Part shown: one piece after another, positions 8,784 to 16,132 of the stretch
Layout: each line of letters begins with the position of its first letter
Position numbering within the stretch: the stretch's first letter is position 1
NCBI GenBank assembly: GCA_045635805.1
Contig: JAZTWI010000007.1
Location: 2,749 to 66,748, forward strand
Source: Clostridia bacterium
GTDB taxonomy: Bacteria > Bacillota > Clostridia > Christensenellales > UBA1242
Direction of reading: 5' to 3'
DNA: 64,000 bases
Position numbers and translations under genes: made by a program
The notes under the pieces: model-generated
Seen by the model: the letters and a program-made list of their open reading frames with translations, nothing else
Told to the model about the DNA's origin: nothing
Databases searched by the model: none

Positions 8784-9956
8784 TTACGCACCAATAATAC
8801 CTGTTAGTTTAGCTTGACTATTTGGTCTATTACATAGAAGTTCTGCGTATTTAACAAGAGTAGCAGTATATACAGGATAACCTTCTTTCTGTCTAATTAC
8901 TTTACCCTCATTATCTTCTAACCATTGCCAATCACATAATTGACATAGCTCAAAGTCTTTAGTATTTAGTAGATACATTGTATCATCAGCCACAAATCTA
9001 TCAGCAACAACAGGAATACCATTAAATGATAGAGCCTTAAATCCGCCCTGAAGATTCATAACATCAATATTTCTTCTATATGTACTTAGTTCTTCCTGGT
9101 ATGCCCTTCTAACAGCAGAAGAACAAGCAATGAAGTCAATCTCTCCACCGGTCACTTCTTCTATCTCATCAATAACTGTCTGCATAACAGTTTCACTTAG
9201 AGCACCAATCTCATCTTTTACTTTTGATTTTAACCATACATTACTAGTTCTATTGATACCGTATAATTCTCCCTTATTTGAGAATATTTTTTCAAGACCT
9301 GTAATTTCATTGTTATAACCATTGATAGTTGTTAGTTTCATATTATTCATAGTAGCATCTAGAGTTCTATCGAATTGAATATACTTTAGAGTTCTCTCAA
9401 TATTCTTAACAATTAATGGCTCGTTTTGTAGATAAGCACCACTATTATTTACAACCTTACAAGCAAGGCCTTCCATAACGTTTTTAACATTGTCTACATA
9501 AGCACCATATGCACCCATAATATTTTCTTCGCCTACAGTAGTAGCAAGAACACCACTACCATCGCCATACAACATTCTACCTAAATTAAATGTACTTGAT
9601 TTAATCAAACTCTCCATTTCTTCATTAAGTAAGTTTACAAATGCACCAGCACTATTTTGAGACGCTCTGATTGCCTTATCTGTAATTTCAATTGTTCCAT
9701 ATAAATTTTTAAGTGTTAATACAAATTGAGCATAACCTTTATTGTATGCACCAGGAAGAGCACCATCTTCTGAACCAGCACTCACACCACCAGAAAGACC
9801 AAATGAAGTAGCCTTTCTAATTTCGTTGCCATATACATTATTTGTTGTTTGTTTAATTTTTGTTAGTAATGGATTTGCACCAACATTTAATTGGTTTCCA
9901 ATTACTCCTAAGTAAATTGACTTTAGAGCATTATCTGCAGTTGTTAATGTAATCAT
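8784..9956 (-). CDS. Phage major capsid protein
   Basis: 390 aa directly after the scaffold gene, with an AGGAGAAA RBS. The segment IEITDKAIRASQNSAGAFVNLLNEEMESLIKSSTFNLGRMLYGDGSGVLA follows the conserved pattern seen in tailed-phage major capsid families. Confidence 0.75.
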   Translation of the reverse strand: MITLTTADNALKSIYLGVIGNQLNVGANPLLTKIKQTTNNVYGNEIRKATSFGLSGGVSAGSEDGALPGAYNKGYAQFVLTLKNLYGTIEITDKAIRASQNSAGAFVNLLNEEMESLIKSSTFNLGRMLYGDGSGVLATTVGEENIMGAYGAYVDNVKNVMEGLACKVVNNSGAYLQNEPLIVKNIERTLKYIQFDRTLDATMNNMKLTTINGYNNEITGLEKIFSNKGELYGINRTSNVWLKSKVKDEIGALSETVMQTVIDEIEEVTGGEIDFIACSSAVRRAYQEELSTYRRNIDVMNLQGGFKALSFNGIPVVADRFVADDTMYLLNTKDFELCQLCDWQWLEDNEGKVIRQKEGYPVYTATLVKYAELLCNRPNSQAKLTGIIGA

Positions 9957-9968
9957 CTTATGTTTCTC

Positions 9969-10622
9969 CTAAAACCTGAACATATTCTCCACATACTTTT
10001 TAGCTTCTTCTAGTGTATTAATTTTACCAGAACCCACAACATTTCTATCGTATCCAGCATTAGACACCGTTATAGGACTCTGTGCCTTTTGTAGTGAAGC
10101 AACATATTCTTTTATTATTTTTTCTTTTATTTCTTCATTATTGTAAATATGATTTTCCAGAAAATTCTGGTCACTTGCTAAGTCTTTTGGCAGAACATAA
10201 TTTTTATCTAAAACTTTTAAGTATGCCTTTTCTAATCCATCTTCTGCATTCTTAAGTTTCTCATCACCGATTAATTCTTTAGTTATTTCTTCTGCAAATG
10301 TATTAGCAAATTTGTGAGTTTGTAAAAACTCTTTTAAATTTTTATTCCAGGCAAATTCTTCTGTATCAGTTGTAGATAAAGTTCCGGACTCTTCATCTTT
10401 ATTTGTTTCATACAGTTGTTTCTCTACTTCACTTAGTTTCTGACACTTGCGAGTAAACTCACTCTGTAACTCGTTATAAGCATCTAACAGTTTTTCGGGA
10501 TTTTTAAATTTACCTAGTGGAGAGCCATCTAGTTGACCCACTTCTTTTTCCACTCCTGTCGCTACAGCATAAGCGTCAACTTGAGAAGGTTGTTCTCCAA
10601 TAATTTTATTTTCTACACTCAT
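9969..10622 (-). CDS. Phage scaffolding protein (GP20-like)
   Basis: 217 aa, acidic and helical. The motif GKFKNPEKLLDAYNELQSEFTRK is typical of Firmicute-phage scaffolding proteins. Lies between portal and capsid. Confidence 0.7.
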   Translation of the reverse strand: MSVENKIIGEQPSQVDAYAVATGVEKEVGQLDGSPLGKFKNPEKLLDAYNELQSEFTRKCQKLSEVEKQLYETNKDEESGTLSTTDTEEFAWNKNLKEFLQTHKFANTFAEEITKELIGDEKLKNAEDGLEKAYLKVLDKNYVLPKDLASDQNFLENHIYNNEEIKEKIIKEYVASLQKAQSPITVSNAGYDRNVVGSGKINTLEEAKKYVENMFRF

Positions 10623-10624
10623 AT

Positions 10625-12505
10625 TTATTCTCCATTATTTATTTCTTTCATTATATTTAAAAATTTTTTATGACTTCTAATATGTCCTAACACTATGTCT
10701 TCTACCTTAGGATTTTTTGCATACGCTTTCTCATAATCACTACTTAACATAAACGCAGTATGCTCACTAATATGTAAATTATGGTCATCTATTTCTTTTG
10801 CATTTAAAGTTTTAACATTTGTAATCATTGCAATATTCTCTTTTGATGCACTATTAATTTGAAGTGAACTAATGTCTCTACTAGTCTCCCATACACCAAA
10901 GCCTAATTGTTCAAGTATCTTAGACCTCATAGAGTTACTTAGTTTTCCGTTTTCATCAACTAAAAGCCCTGCTCTTAACATATCAAATATCATACTTCTT
11001 TTCTGGGCAAGAGTTTCATTAATTTCACTTTCAGTCTCAAATACAATTTCTTCACTATTAATATCGGAGCCCTTCCAATAGAATAATTCAATAGCTCCAC
11101 CTTCACCAATAATCCTAGCAGTATGCTCAATTACAGCAAATTGTTTGTATAATCTTAGAATATGTTTAGCGATTTCTTTAGCAGCATTTTTAATCTCTTC
11201 AGCACTAGATAGTAGCTTGATATCATCTTGCTCGATAAGTAATTGCAGAGCAATACCACTAGCATTAGTACCCGAGAAACCCCTACTATTCATAAGGTCA
11301 CTTACACCAGAAATATTTGTAAATTCATTAAGTAGAGAATTCTCTTCATATTGAAAATCAATAGGCACAGAGCCTGTTGATAGTAGTTTCGGCCCACTAG
11401 AACCCTGTCTATAGATAAGGACCTTCCCAGGAGAAAGCCCTTCTTCTTCTAAGTTCTCTATATCTACAGAGCCATCTTCTACCGATAATATTCCCATTGT
11501 TAATCTATTTAAGAATTCGTGCTTTCTATTCTTAATGGCATTATATGACCTTTGAATAGGAATACATCTCTCTATAACACTGCTTCCCCAGAAACAATTA
11601 GGCGACACAATACACGATTGTTTAATAAAAGGAAAACCCCTTTTACCATCTGCTTTATTAATATATGGCAAATCACCCATAAATAAGAGATGCTCACCAG
11701 CAATGATAGTAAGCCTTCCATTTGGATACTCAATTGTTGGTTTTTCATATTTCTCTAGGACCAATACCTGGTCTTTTTTTAGTTTCTTTGCAACTGCAGT
11801 AGATAGTGATGTATAACCAAGCCCTCCTGCCATAGATAGATTATCTAGAGTATAAACATTAATATCTTCACCGTCACAATCAACACCCCAAATATTTTTC
11901 ACCATATCCTTATGAAATGTTCTGGCATAAATAATAGACATACAGTCATCGACATTATTATAAGTATTACTATCAGGATAAATTTCAAAGGGACTAACTA
12001 CAGATAAAGATATATCTCCTTCTCTTATAATATTACCAGTCTCATCTTTGCCAATAACCCTGCCACCAGAATTATCCCAATCAATCTTATAAAATGCAGT
12101 TCCACAAATCTCACTCCACATAGTACCTTGTGAAATAACTTTGCTAATATTCTTACTATGACTAACAGCCTTTAATATTTTCTTACTAGTCTTTGCACAA
12201 GCAACATCTGCTTCATCATCAGAAAATGGTATCACAGTAAGTGCAGGTCTAACTCTTGAGAGCTTAGACTGTCTAATCTCAATAATATTTGCTATATGAT
12301 TATAAACTTCTCTTTCTTGCCAAAAATATTGTTTACTAGACTCCATAATATCTCCATTAGGAGAGATATAACAATATTGATTACCAACAAAGAAATTAAT
12401 ATTTAATTGCCATAGTGCTTCAAAAGATTTTCTCTCAAGTTGCCTTTTGTGGAAATCTTCCAAAACACCATCTACTATTTCTTTTTCTTCTGTTAATTTA
12501 TCCAT
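10625..12505 (-). CDS. Phage portal protein
   Basis: 626 aa between the terminase and scaffold genes. N-terminal WQLNINFFVGNQY motif is like portal families. The large size is typical of short-tailed phage portals. Confidence 0.8.
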   Translation of the reverse strand: MDKLTEEKEIVDGVLEDFHKRQLERKSFEALWQLNINFFVGNQYCYISPNGDIMESSKQYFWQEREVYNHIANIIEIRQSKLSRVRPALTVIPFSDDEADVACAKTSKKILKAVSHSKNISKVISQGTMWSEICGTAFYKIDWDNSGGRVIGKDETGNIIREGDISLSVVSPFEIYPDSNTYNNVDDCMSIIYARTFHKDMVKNIWGVDCDGEDINVYTLDNLSMAGGLGYTSLSTAVAKKLKKDQVLVLEKYEKPTIEYPNGRLTIIAGEHLLFMGDLPYINKADGKRGFPFIKQSCIVSPNCFWGSSVIERCIPIQRSYNAIKNRKHEFLNRLTMGILSVEDGSVDIENLEEEGLSPGKVLIYRQGSSGPKLLSTGSVPIDFQYEENSLLNEFTNISGVSDLMNSRGFSGTNASGIALQLLIEQDDIKLLSSAEEIKNAAKEIAKHILRLYKQFAVIEHTARIIGEGGAIELFYWKGSDINSEEIVFETESEINETLAQKRSMIFDMLRAGLLVDENGKLSNSMRSKILEQLGFGVWETSRDISSLQINSASKENIAMITNVKTLNAKEIDDHNLHISEHTAFMLSSDYEKAYAKNPKVEDIVLGHIRSHKKFLNIMKEINNGE

Positions 12506-12725
12506 CTTTCTTTACTCCAGATTTTGATTTTTTATTAAACACATTTACAGGACTTTTAGGAACAATTCTTTTTGCTAGTTCACTATATAGTTCCTTCATA
12601 CAATCTTCACAAATGTATAATCCAATGGACTTAATAAACCCATCTTTCTTAATCTTTGCGGTTGCTAAATTTTTACAATTAGGCATCTCACACCTAATCC
12701 TTCTATTAATATTTTCTATTCTCAT
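12498..12725 (-). CDS. Small 4-Cys zinc-ribbon protein with basic tail
   Basis: 75 aa with CEMPNC...CEDC and a Lys-rich C-terminus. ATGA-type coupling on both sides. Confidence 0.5.
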   Translation of the reverse strand: MRIENINRRIRCEMPNCKNLATAKIKKDGFIKSIGLYICEDCMKELYSELAKRIVPKSPVNVFNKKSKSGVKKDG

Positions 12726-12991
12726 TTTATATCCTTTAATAATTCTAAAAGTTTTTTCTTTTCTTTATTTAATTCTTCATCAGTCAAAGACGATAAATCC
12801 CCATCTTCTCTATTCTCTAGTAACATTTGTAATGCCGACAAATCTGGTGGATATGTCTTTGTACTTGTTTTTCTTTTCTGTAATACTAATTCATCTCCAG
12901 ATAGTCCATACTCTTCTATTACTTCTTTTGTTTCATATCCAAGTGCTTTATCTAGGAGTGCTTTTTCTATTTTCTTATTGTTCACTTTCAT
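12722..12991 (-). CDS. Small-terminase-like fragment (no HTH)
   Basis: 89 aa. ALGYETKEVIEEYG...KRKTSTKTYPPDLSALQMLLENRED resembles the central GY..EE...K..PPD..A...L.NR segment of Firmicute-phage small terminases (recalled from memory). It lacks the usual N-terminal HTH and lies downstream of terL. Confidence 0.4.
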   Translation of the reverse strand: MKVNNKKIEKALLDKALGYETKEVIEEYGLSGDELVLQKRKTSTKTYPPDLSALQMLLENREDGDLSSLTDEELNKEKKKLLELLKDIK

Positions 12992-13033
12992 AATGTTTTA
13001 CAAAAAACAACCACAATACTTTATTGTAGTTGT

Positions 13034-14479
13034 TTATACACCATATCCCCAATTTCCTAATTTTAGTTTTCTTATTAATCGTTCTTTATCTTTAGCAATA
13101 ATTGATTTAAGTACTTTCTCCTGTTTTTGTCTATTCTCTGGTCTACTCATAATATAGTATCTCAGTTCATCTAGAGCATGGTCATCTCTCTTGACCGGAG
13201 CATCATTATTACCCCAATAGTAACCTTTTATTTCTCTTATTAGATTTACACAATTTTTAAAAATAAATAATTTTCTCTCTCCACTCGCATTTCTAAAGTA
13301 AGACTTTACTCTGTTAATACCAGAAAAAAGGTCTTTGTTTACATAAGGATTTGTTGATATTCCATTTTCATAAAATAACTCAGTAACACTTTTTGTTCCA
13401 GATAAAGTTCTCTGGTTAGCAGCACTATCTATTATTGCTTCATATTTACCGTTACGCTTAGGCCATTCTAGAGCCTTACAAATCTCTTTTATTTTATTGC
13501 TATGCTCTTCTATCGTTTTTTCTTTTTCATAATGCTCTGCAATAACATAAATATTTCCATCAAAATCACAAGCATACCAGTGAGTACTGAGTGGATTTTT
13601 AAGTCCAGGGTCAATAGATATTTTATCATACCAACTCTTAGGCACATCGAAGGGTTCTATCACATTTTCTGTAATATCAAACTCACTATAAACCATACCT
13701 GTTCCACTCATAAAGTTACCATATTTTCTGCTATTCAATTCTTCTTCACTCATTACTTGCGATAGTTTCTTTATTTCATTTTTATTAAGGTACGGATTAT
13801 CTTCCCAGTTCATTTGCTCATACCAAATATCTTCATCTTGTGCTTCGTTTAGGTATATTTTCTCATAGACCCAAGTAAGACCCTTCAAAGGAGTCATCGT
13901 TCCGTAAACTTCACCATTTTTATCTAAAACTCTCATTTTACACTCTATATAAATATCTTCTGGTGGTTCTTCATCAAACCACACATAATCTAGCGAAGTT
14001 CCCTGGAATTTTTCTCTGCCTTGGTCACAACTTTTAAACCCTATCTTACTAATGCTACCAAAAACATTTTTAATATAAATTGTATCTATAACACCCTGAT
14101 TTGCACTAGACTTTTTACCAGAAATCATTGTTATTTCTTCTATCCACTCTGGTTTTAAGTAACTCAGTATCTTGCTTTGAGCGACATCTCTCTGCACCTG
14201 TTGACTAAGTGAAACCACCCAACCATCTCTAGGTTTATTTTCCTTATATGGATGAATACCCCTAGCATACCATACTGTCTCTACAGCACCACATTCCGTT
14301 TTACCACTTCTATTACCACCGAATACCCATCTGTTTTTCTTAGTACATTTATGAAAATTAACTTGCTTATGATGAACAGGCTCTTCTCTATTGTACCTAT
14401 CTATTTTCCCATACTTCTGTCGCCGTTTCTCTTCATATAATATCTTATTAAGCCTTTCAATAATTTCTTGTTTTGTCAT
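13034..14479 (-). CDS. terL: Phage terminase large subunit
   Basis: 481 aa with Walker A GGNRSGKTECG, Walker B LDYVWFDEE, and nuclease-domain motifs IDSAANQR and DDHALDELRYY. AAGGGGA RBS. Confidence 0.9.
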   Translation of the reverse strand: MTKQEIIERLNKILYEEKRRQKYGKIDRYNREEPVHHKQVNFHKCTKKNRWVFGGNRSGKTECGAVETVWYARGIHPYKENKPRDGWVVSLSQQVQRDVAQSKILSYLKPEWIEEITMISGKKSSANQGVIDTIYIKNVFGSISKIGFKSCDQGREKFQGTSLDYVWFDEEPPEDIYIECKMRVLDKNGEVYGTMTPLKGLTWVYEKIYLNEAQDEDIWYEQMNWEDNPYLNKNEIKKLSQVMSEEELNSRKYGNFMSGTGMVYSEFDITENVIEPFDVPKSWYDKISIDPGLKNPLSTHWYACDFDGNIYVIAEHYEKEKTIEEHSNKIKEICKALEWPKRNGKYEAIIDSAANQRTLSGTKSVTELFYENGISTNPYVNKDLFSGINRVKSYFRNASGERKLFIFKNCVNLIREIKGYYWGNNDAPVKRDDHALDELRYYIMSRPENRQKQEKVLKSIIAKDKERLIRKLKLGNWGYGV

Positions 14480-14529
14480 TTTATCCCCTTTTTCAATATA
14501 TTATCTAATAAATACTCAAGTAAGTGATT

Positions 14530-14557
14530 TTGAATTAAATACAATATTGTCTATCAT
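14530..14557 (+). promoter_or_regulatory. Candidate sigma-A promoter giving a leaderless mRNA for the 245-aa SH3b gene
   Basis: TTGAAT (14530-14535), 16-nt spacer, TATCAT (14552-14557). The ATG at 14564 follows only 6 nt later and has no Shine-Dalgarno. Confidence 0.35.
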
Positions 14558-14563
14558 CTAAAT

Positions 14564-15301
14564 ATGAAAAAATTAATCACGATTATTTTAATAATATTTT
14601 ATTTTACAACACCTACCAACTACCTACTAGTTAGAGCAAATTCTACAAAGTACGCTAGAGCATTAAATGGTAATGTTAATCTGTATCGATTGTCTGTAGA
14701 TGATAATAATATAGAAAATGTACTTTGCTTGATAGAAAAAACCTACTTTGTCGAGATTGTGAGCGATAATGTTGACTGTTACAAAGTAAATTACAATGGA
14801 ATAAGTGGATACATTAAAAAGAATGATGTAGTAATGGTTCAGAACGAACCAACTACACCATTCCCTGTAAATATTAAAATGACTATTGCTAGTAATTGCA
14901 ATCTGCGTAGCTCTCCCACAACTCATCCAAGCACAAATAATATCATTTCTACTATATATTCAGGAGAAACGAATTTAACTTTCATAGGCAGAATATTTGC
15001 AGAAGAAGCCATCGACTTTGGTGGCACCACTTGGTACTATGTCTCCTTTGATGGTCAAAGGGGTTATATCTATAATAAATACATTAAGTCAATAACACCC
15101 ATTTATCCAAATACCGAAGAAACACTAATTCACACAAATAATAACTATACTCAAGTGAGCCCACTTAACGACACTAATAGTATTATCATAATTATACTAC
15201 TCTTTATACCATGTATTGGAATACTAATTTTACTCTACTTACCTAGAAAAACTAGTACTAGGCAAAATGATAAAAAGTCACGATATATAGACAGATATTA
15301 A
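14564..15301 (+). CDS. Secreted, C-terminally membrane-anchored protein with two SH3b-like domains
   Basis: Signal peptide MKKLITIILIIFYFTT..VRANS. Two SH3b-type modules (..YKVNYNGISGYIKKNDV; ..WYYVSFDGQRGYIYNKYI). C-terminal TM IIIIILLFIPCIGILILLYL plus a basic tail. Confidence 0.65.
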   Translation: MKKLITIILIIFYFTTPTNYLLVRANSTKYARALNGNVNLYRLSVDDNNIENVLCLIEKTYFVEIVSDNVDCYKVNYNGISGYIKKNDVVMVQNEPTTPFPVNIKMTIASNCNLRSSPTTHPSTNNIISTIYSGETNLTFIGRIFAEEAIDFGGTTWYYVSFDGQRGYIYNKYIKSITPIYPNTEETLIHTNNNYTQVSPLNDTNSIIIIILLFIPCIGILILLYLPRKTSTRQNDKKSRYIDRY

Positions 15302-15853
15302 TTAAATATACGTATTACAAAATGTATGAATCTTACCAACATCACTAAGCATATTTTTAACAAATACACCCTCTAAAACTTTCTCTTCTTCATTAGATTC
15401 TCCCAGTACTTCGTTGTAGATTACATCAAACCAAGCCTCACCTAAGTATTCTTCATCAAAGAAGTCTTTTCCATAGCCAAGACTTGTTAGTTTATCACTA
15501 AATTCAATTAATGCCTTCATCTTTTGTCTAAAGAAGGTCCTTAGACTAATGCCAAGCAACTGTGAAATAAGAGATGCTGTAATTCCGTCTATATAAAAAA
15601 GTGTTAGCAGTCTACGACTATCTCTAGATATCCCTGCCAACCCTTCTTCTATTATAACTTTTAAATTAACAAGTTTTCTTTTTCTGTCTATTAAACTTAT
15701 CATCCTCCCTGTTTGAATATTTGTTGTTTGAAATTTTGTTATATCTCTAGTATAACTTGATTTTCCCGTGTCCAGCACTAACTTATCAATACTATTAGAC
15801 ATTGTCTCTAGGTATCTATAAATAGAGAGCGCTGACTTGCTCCAGTATTTCAT
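15302..15853 (-). CDS. Sigma-70 region-4-type transcriptional regulator (phage late-gene activator-like)
   Basis: 183 aa. RRLLTLFYIDGITASLISQLLGISLRTFFRQKMKALIEF is a region-4 HTH. The N-terminal ALSIYRYLETMSNSIDKLV..DRKRKLVNLKVIIEEGL pattern resembles small phage sigma-like activators of Clostridia. Lies upstream of the terminase. Confidence 0.6.
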   Translation of the reverse strand: MKYWSKSALSIYRYLETMSNSIDKLVLDTGKSSYTRDITKFQTTNIQTGRMISLIDRKRKLVNLKVIIEEGLAGISRDSRRLLTLFYIDGITASLISQLLGISLRTFFRQKMKALIEFSDKLTSLGYGKDFFDEEYLGEAWFDVIYNEVLGESNEEEKVLEGVFVKNMLSDVGKIHTFCNTYI

Positions 15854-15882
15854 AAATTCCTCCTTTTAAGAAATGCACCTAT

Positions 15883-15912
15883 AGTATAATGTATGAAAAA
15901 GAGCAAAGTCAA
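15883..15912 (-). promoter_or_regulatory. Sigma-A-type promoter of the late-regulator gene
   Basis: Minus strand TTGACT (15907-15912), 18 nt, TATACT (15883-15888), then ATAGGTGCATTT, AAAAGGAGG and ATG. Confidence 0.55.
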
Positions 15913-15928
15913 AACATTGTGTCATTTT

Positions 15929-16062
15929 TTGTAAAATTTTTTTATAAATTGTAAAAATTTGTAAAAATTAATTACTTAAGTAATTAATAAATTTTAAAAA
16001 ATTTTATTAAATTACTAACTTTTATCTACATTTTAAATATATTCAAAGTAAATATATTCAAA
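15929..16062. repeat. Cluster of short repeats and a 20-nt perfect palindrome in the divergent control region
   Basis: TTGTAAAA(A) at 15929, 15949 and 15959, with GTAAAAATT again at 16091. TTAATTACTTAAGTAATTAA is a perfect palindrome at 15968-15987. TAAATATATTCAAA is directly repeated at 16034 and 16049. Confidence 0.45.
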
Positions 16063-16078
16063 TAAAGTATTAAATTCA

Positions 16079-16107
16079 TTGTCAAAATAAGTAAAAATTG
16101 CTAAAAT
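16079..16107 (+). promoter_or_regulatory. Candidate sigma-A promoter of the 849-aa gene
   Basis: TTGTCA (16079-16084), 17 nt, TAAAAT (16102-16107), then AAAGGAG RBS and ATG 16133. Confidence 0.45.
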
Positions 16108-16132
16108 TTAAACATACACAAAGGAGTAAAAA

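Larger units (their letters stand above)
3708..15853 (-). mobile_element. Phage-derived packaging/head/short-tail/holin module plus late regulator (cryptic prophage remnant or domesticated GTA-like element)
   Basis: Co-directional, overlapping genes in canonical virion-module order: terL, portal, scaffold, capsid, unknowns, holins. No integrase, repressor, replication, tape measure, sheath/tube, fibre or endolysin was recognised. The flanks are core genes. Confidence 0.75.

Noticed and set aside
12415-12993. 192-aa plus-strand ORF covering the terL-portal interval
   Set aside because: It is Leu/Phe/Ser-rich hydrophobic low complexity, typical of the antisense of Lys/Glu-rich AT-rich genes. 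The two minus-strand small ORFs are translationally coupled to their neighbours and look protein-like.
3600-16132. Attachment-site direct repeats, integrase or tRNA target flanking the phage-like module
   Set aside because: I found no integrase-like ORF, no tRNA and no convincing non-low-complexity direct repeat at the two borders by eye. This is a manual scan, so short att cores could have been missed.
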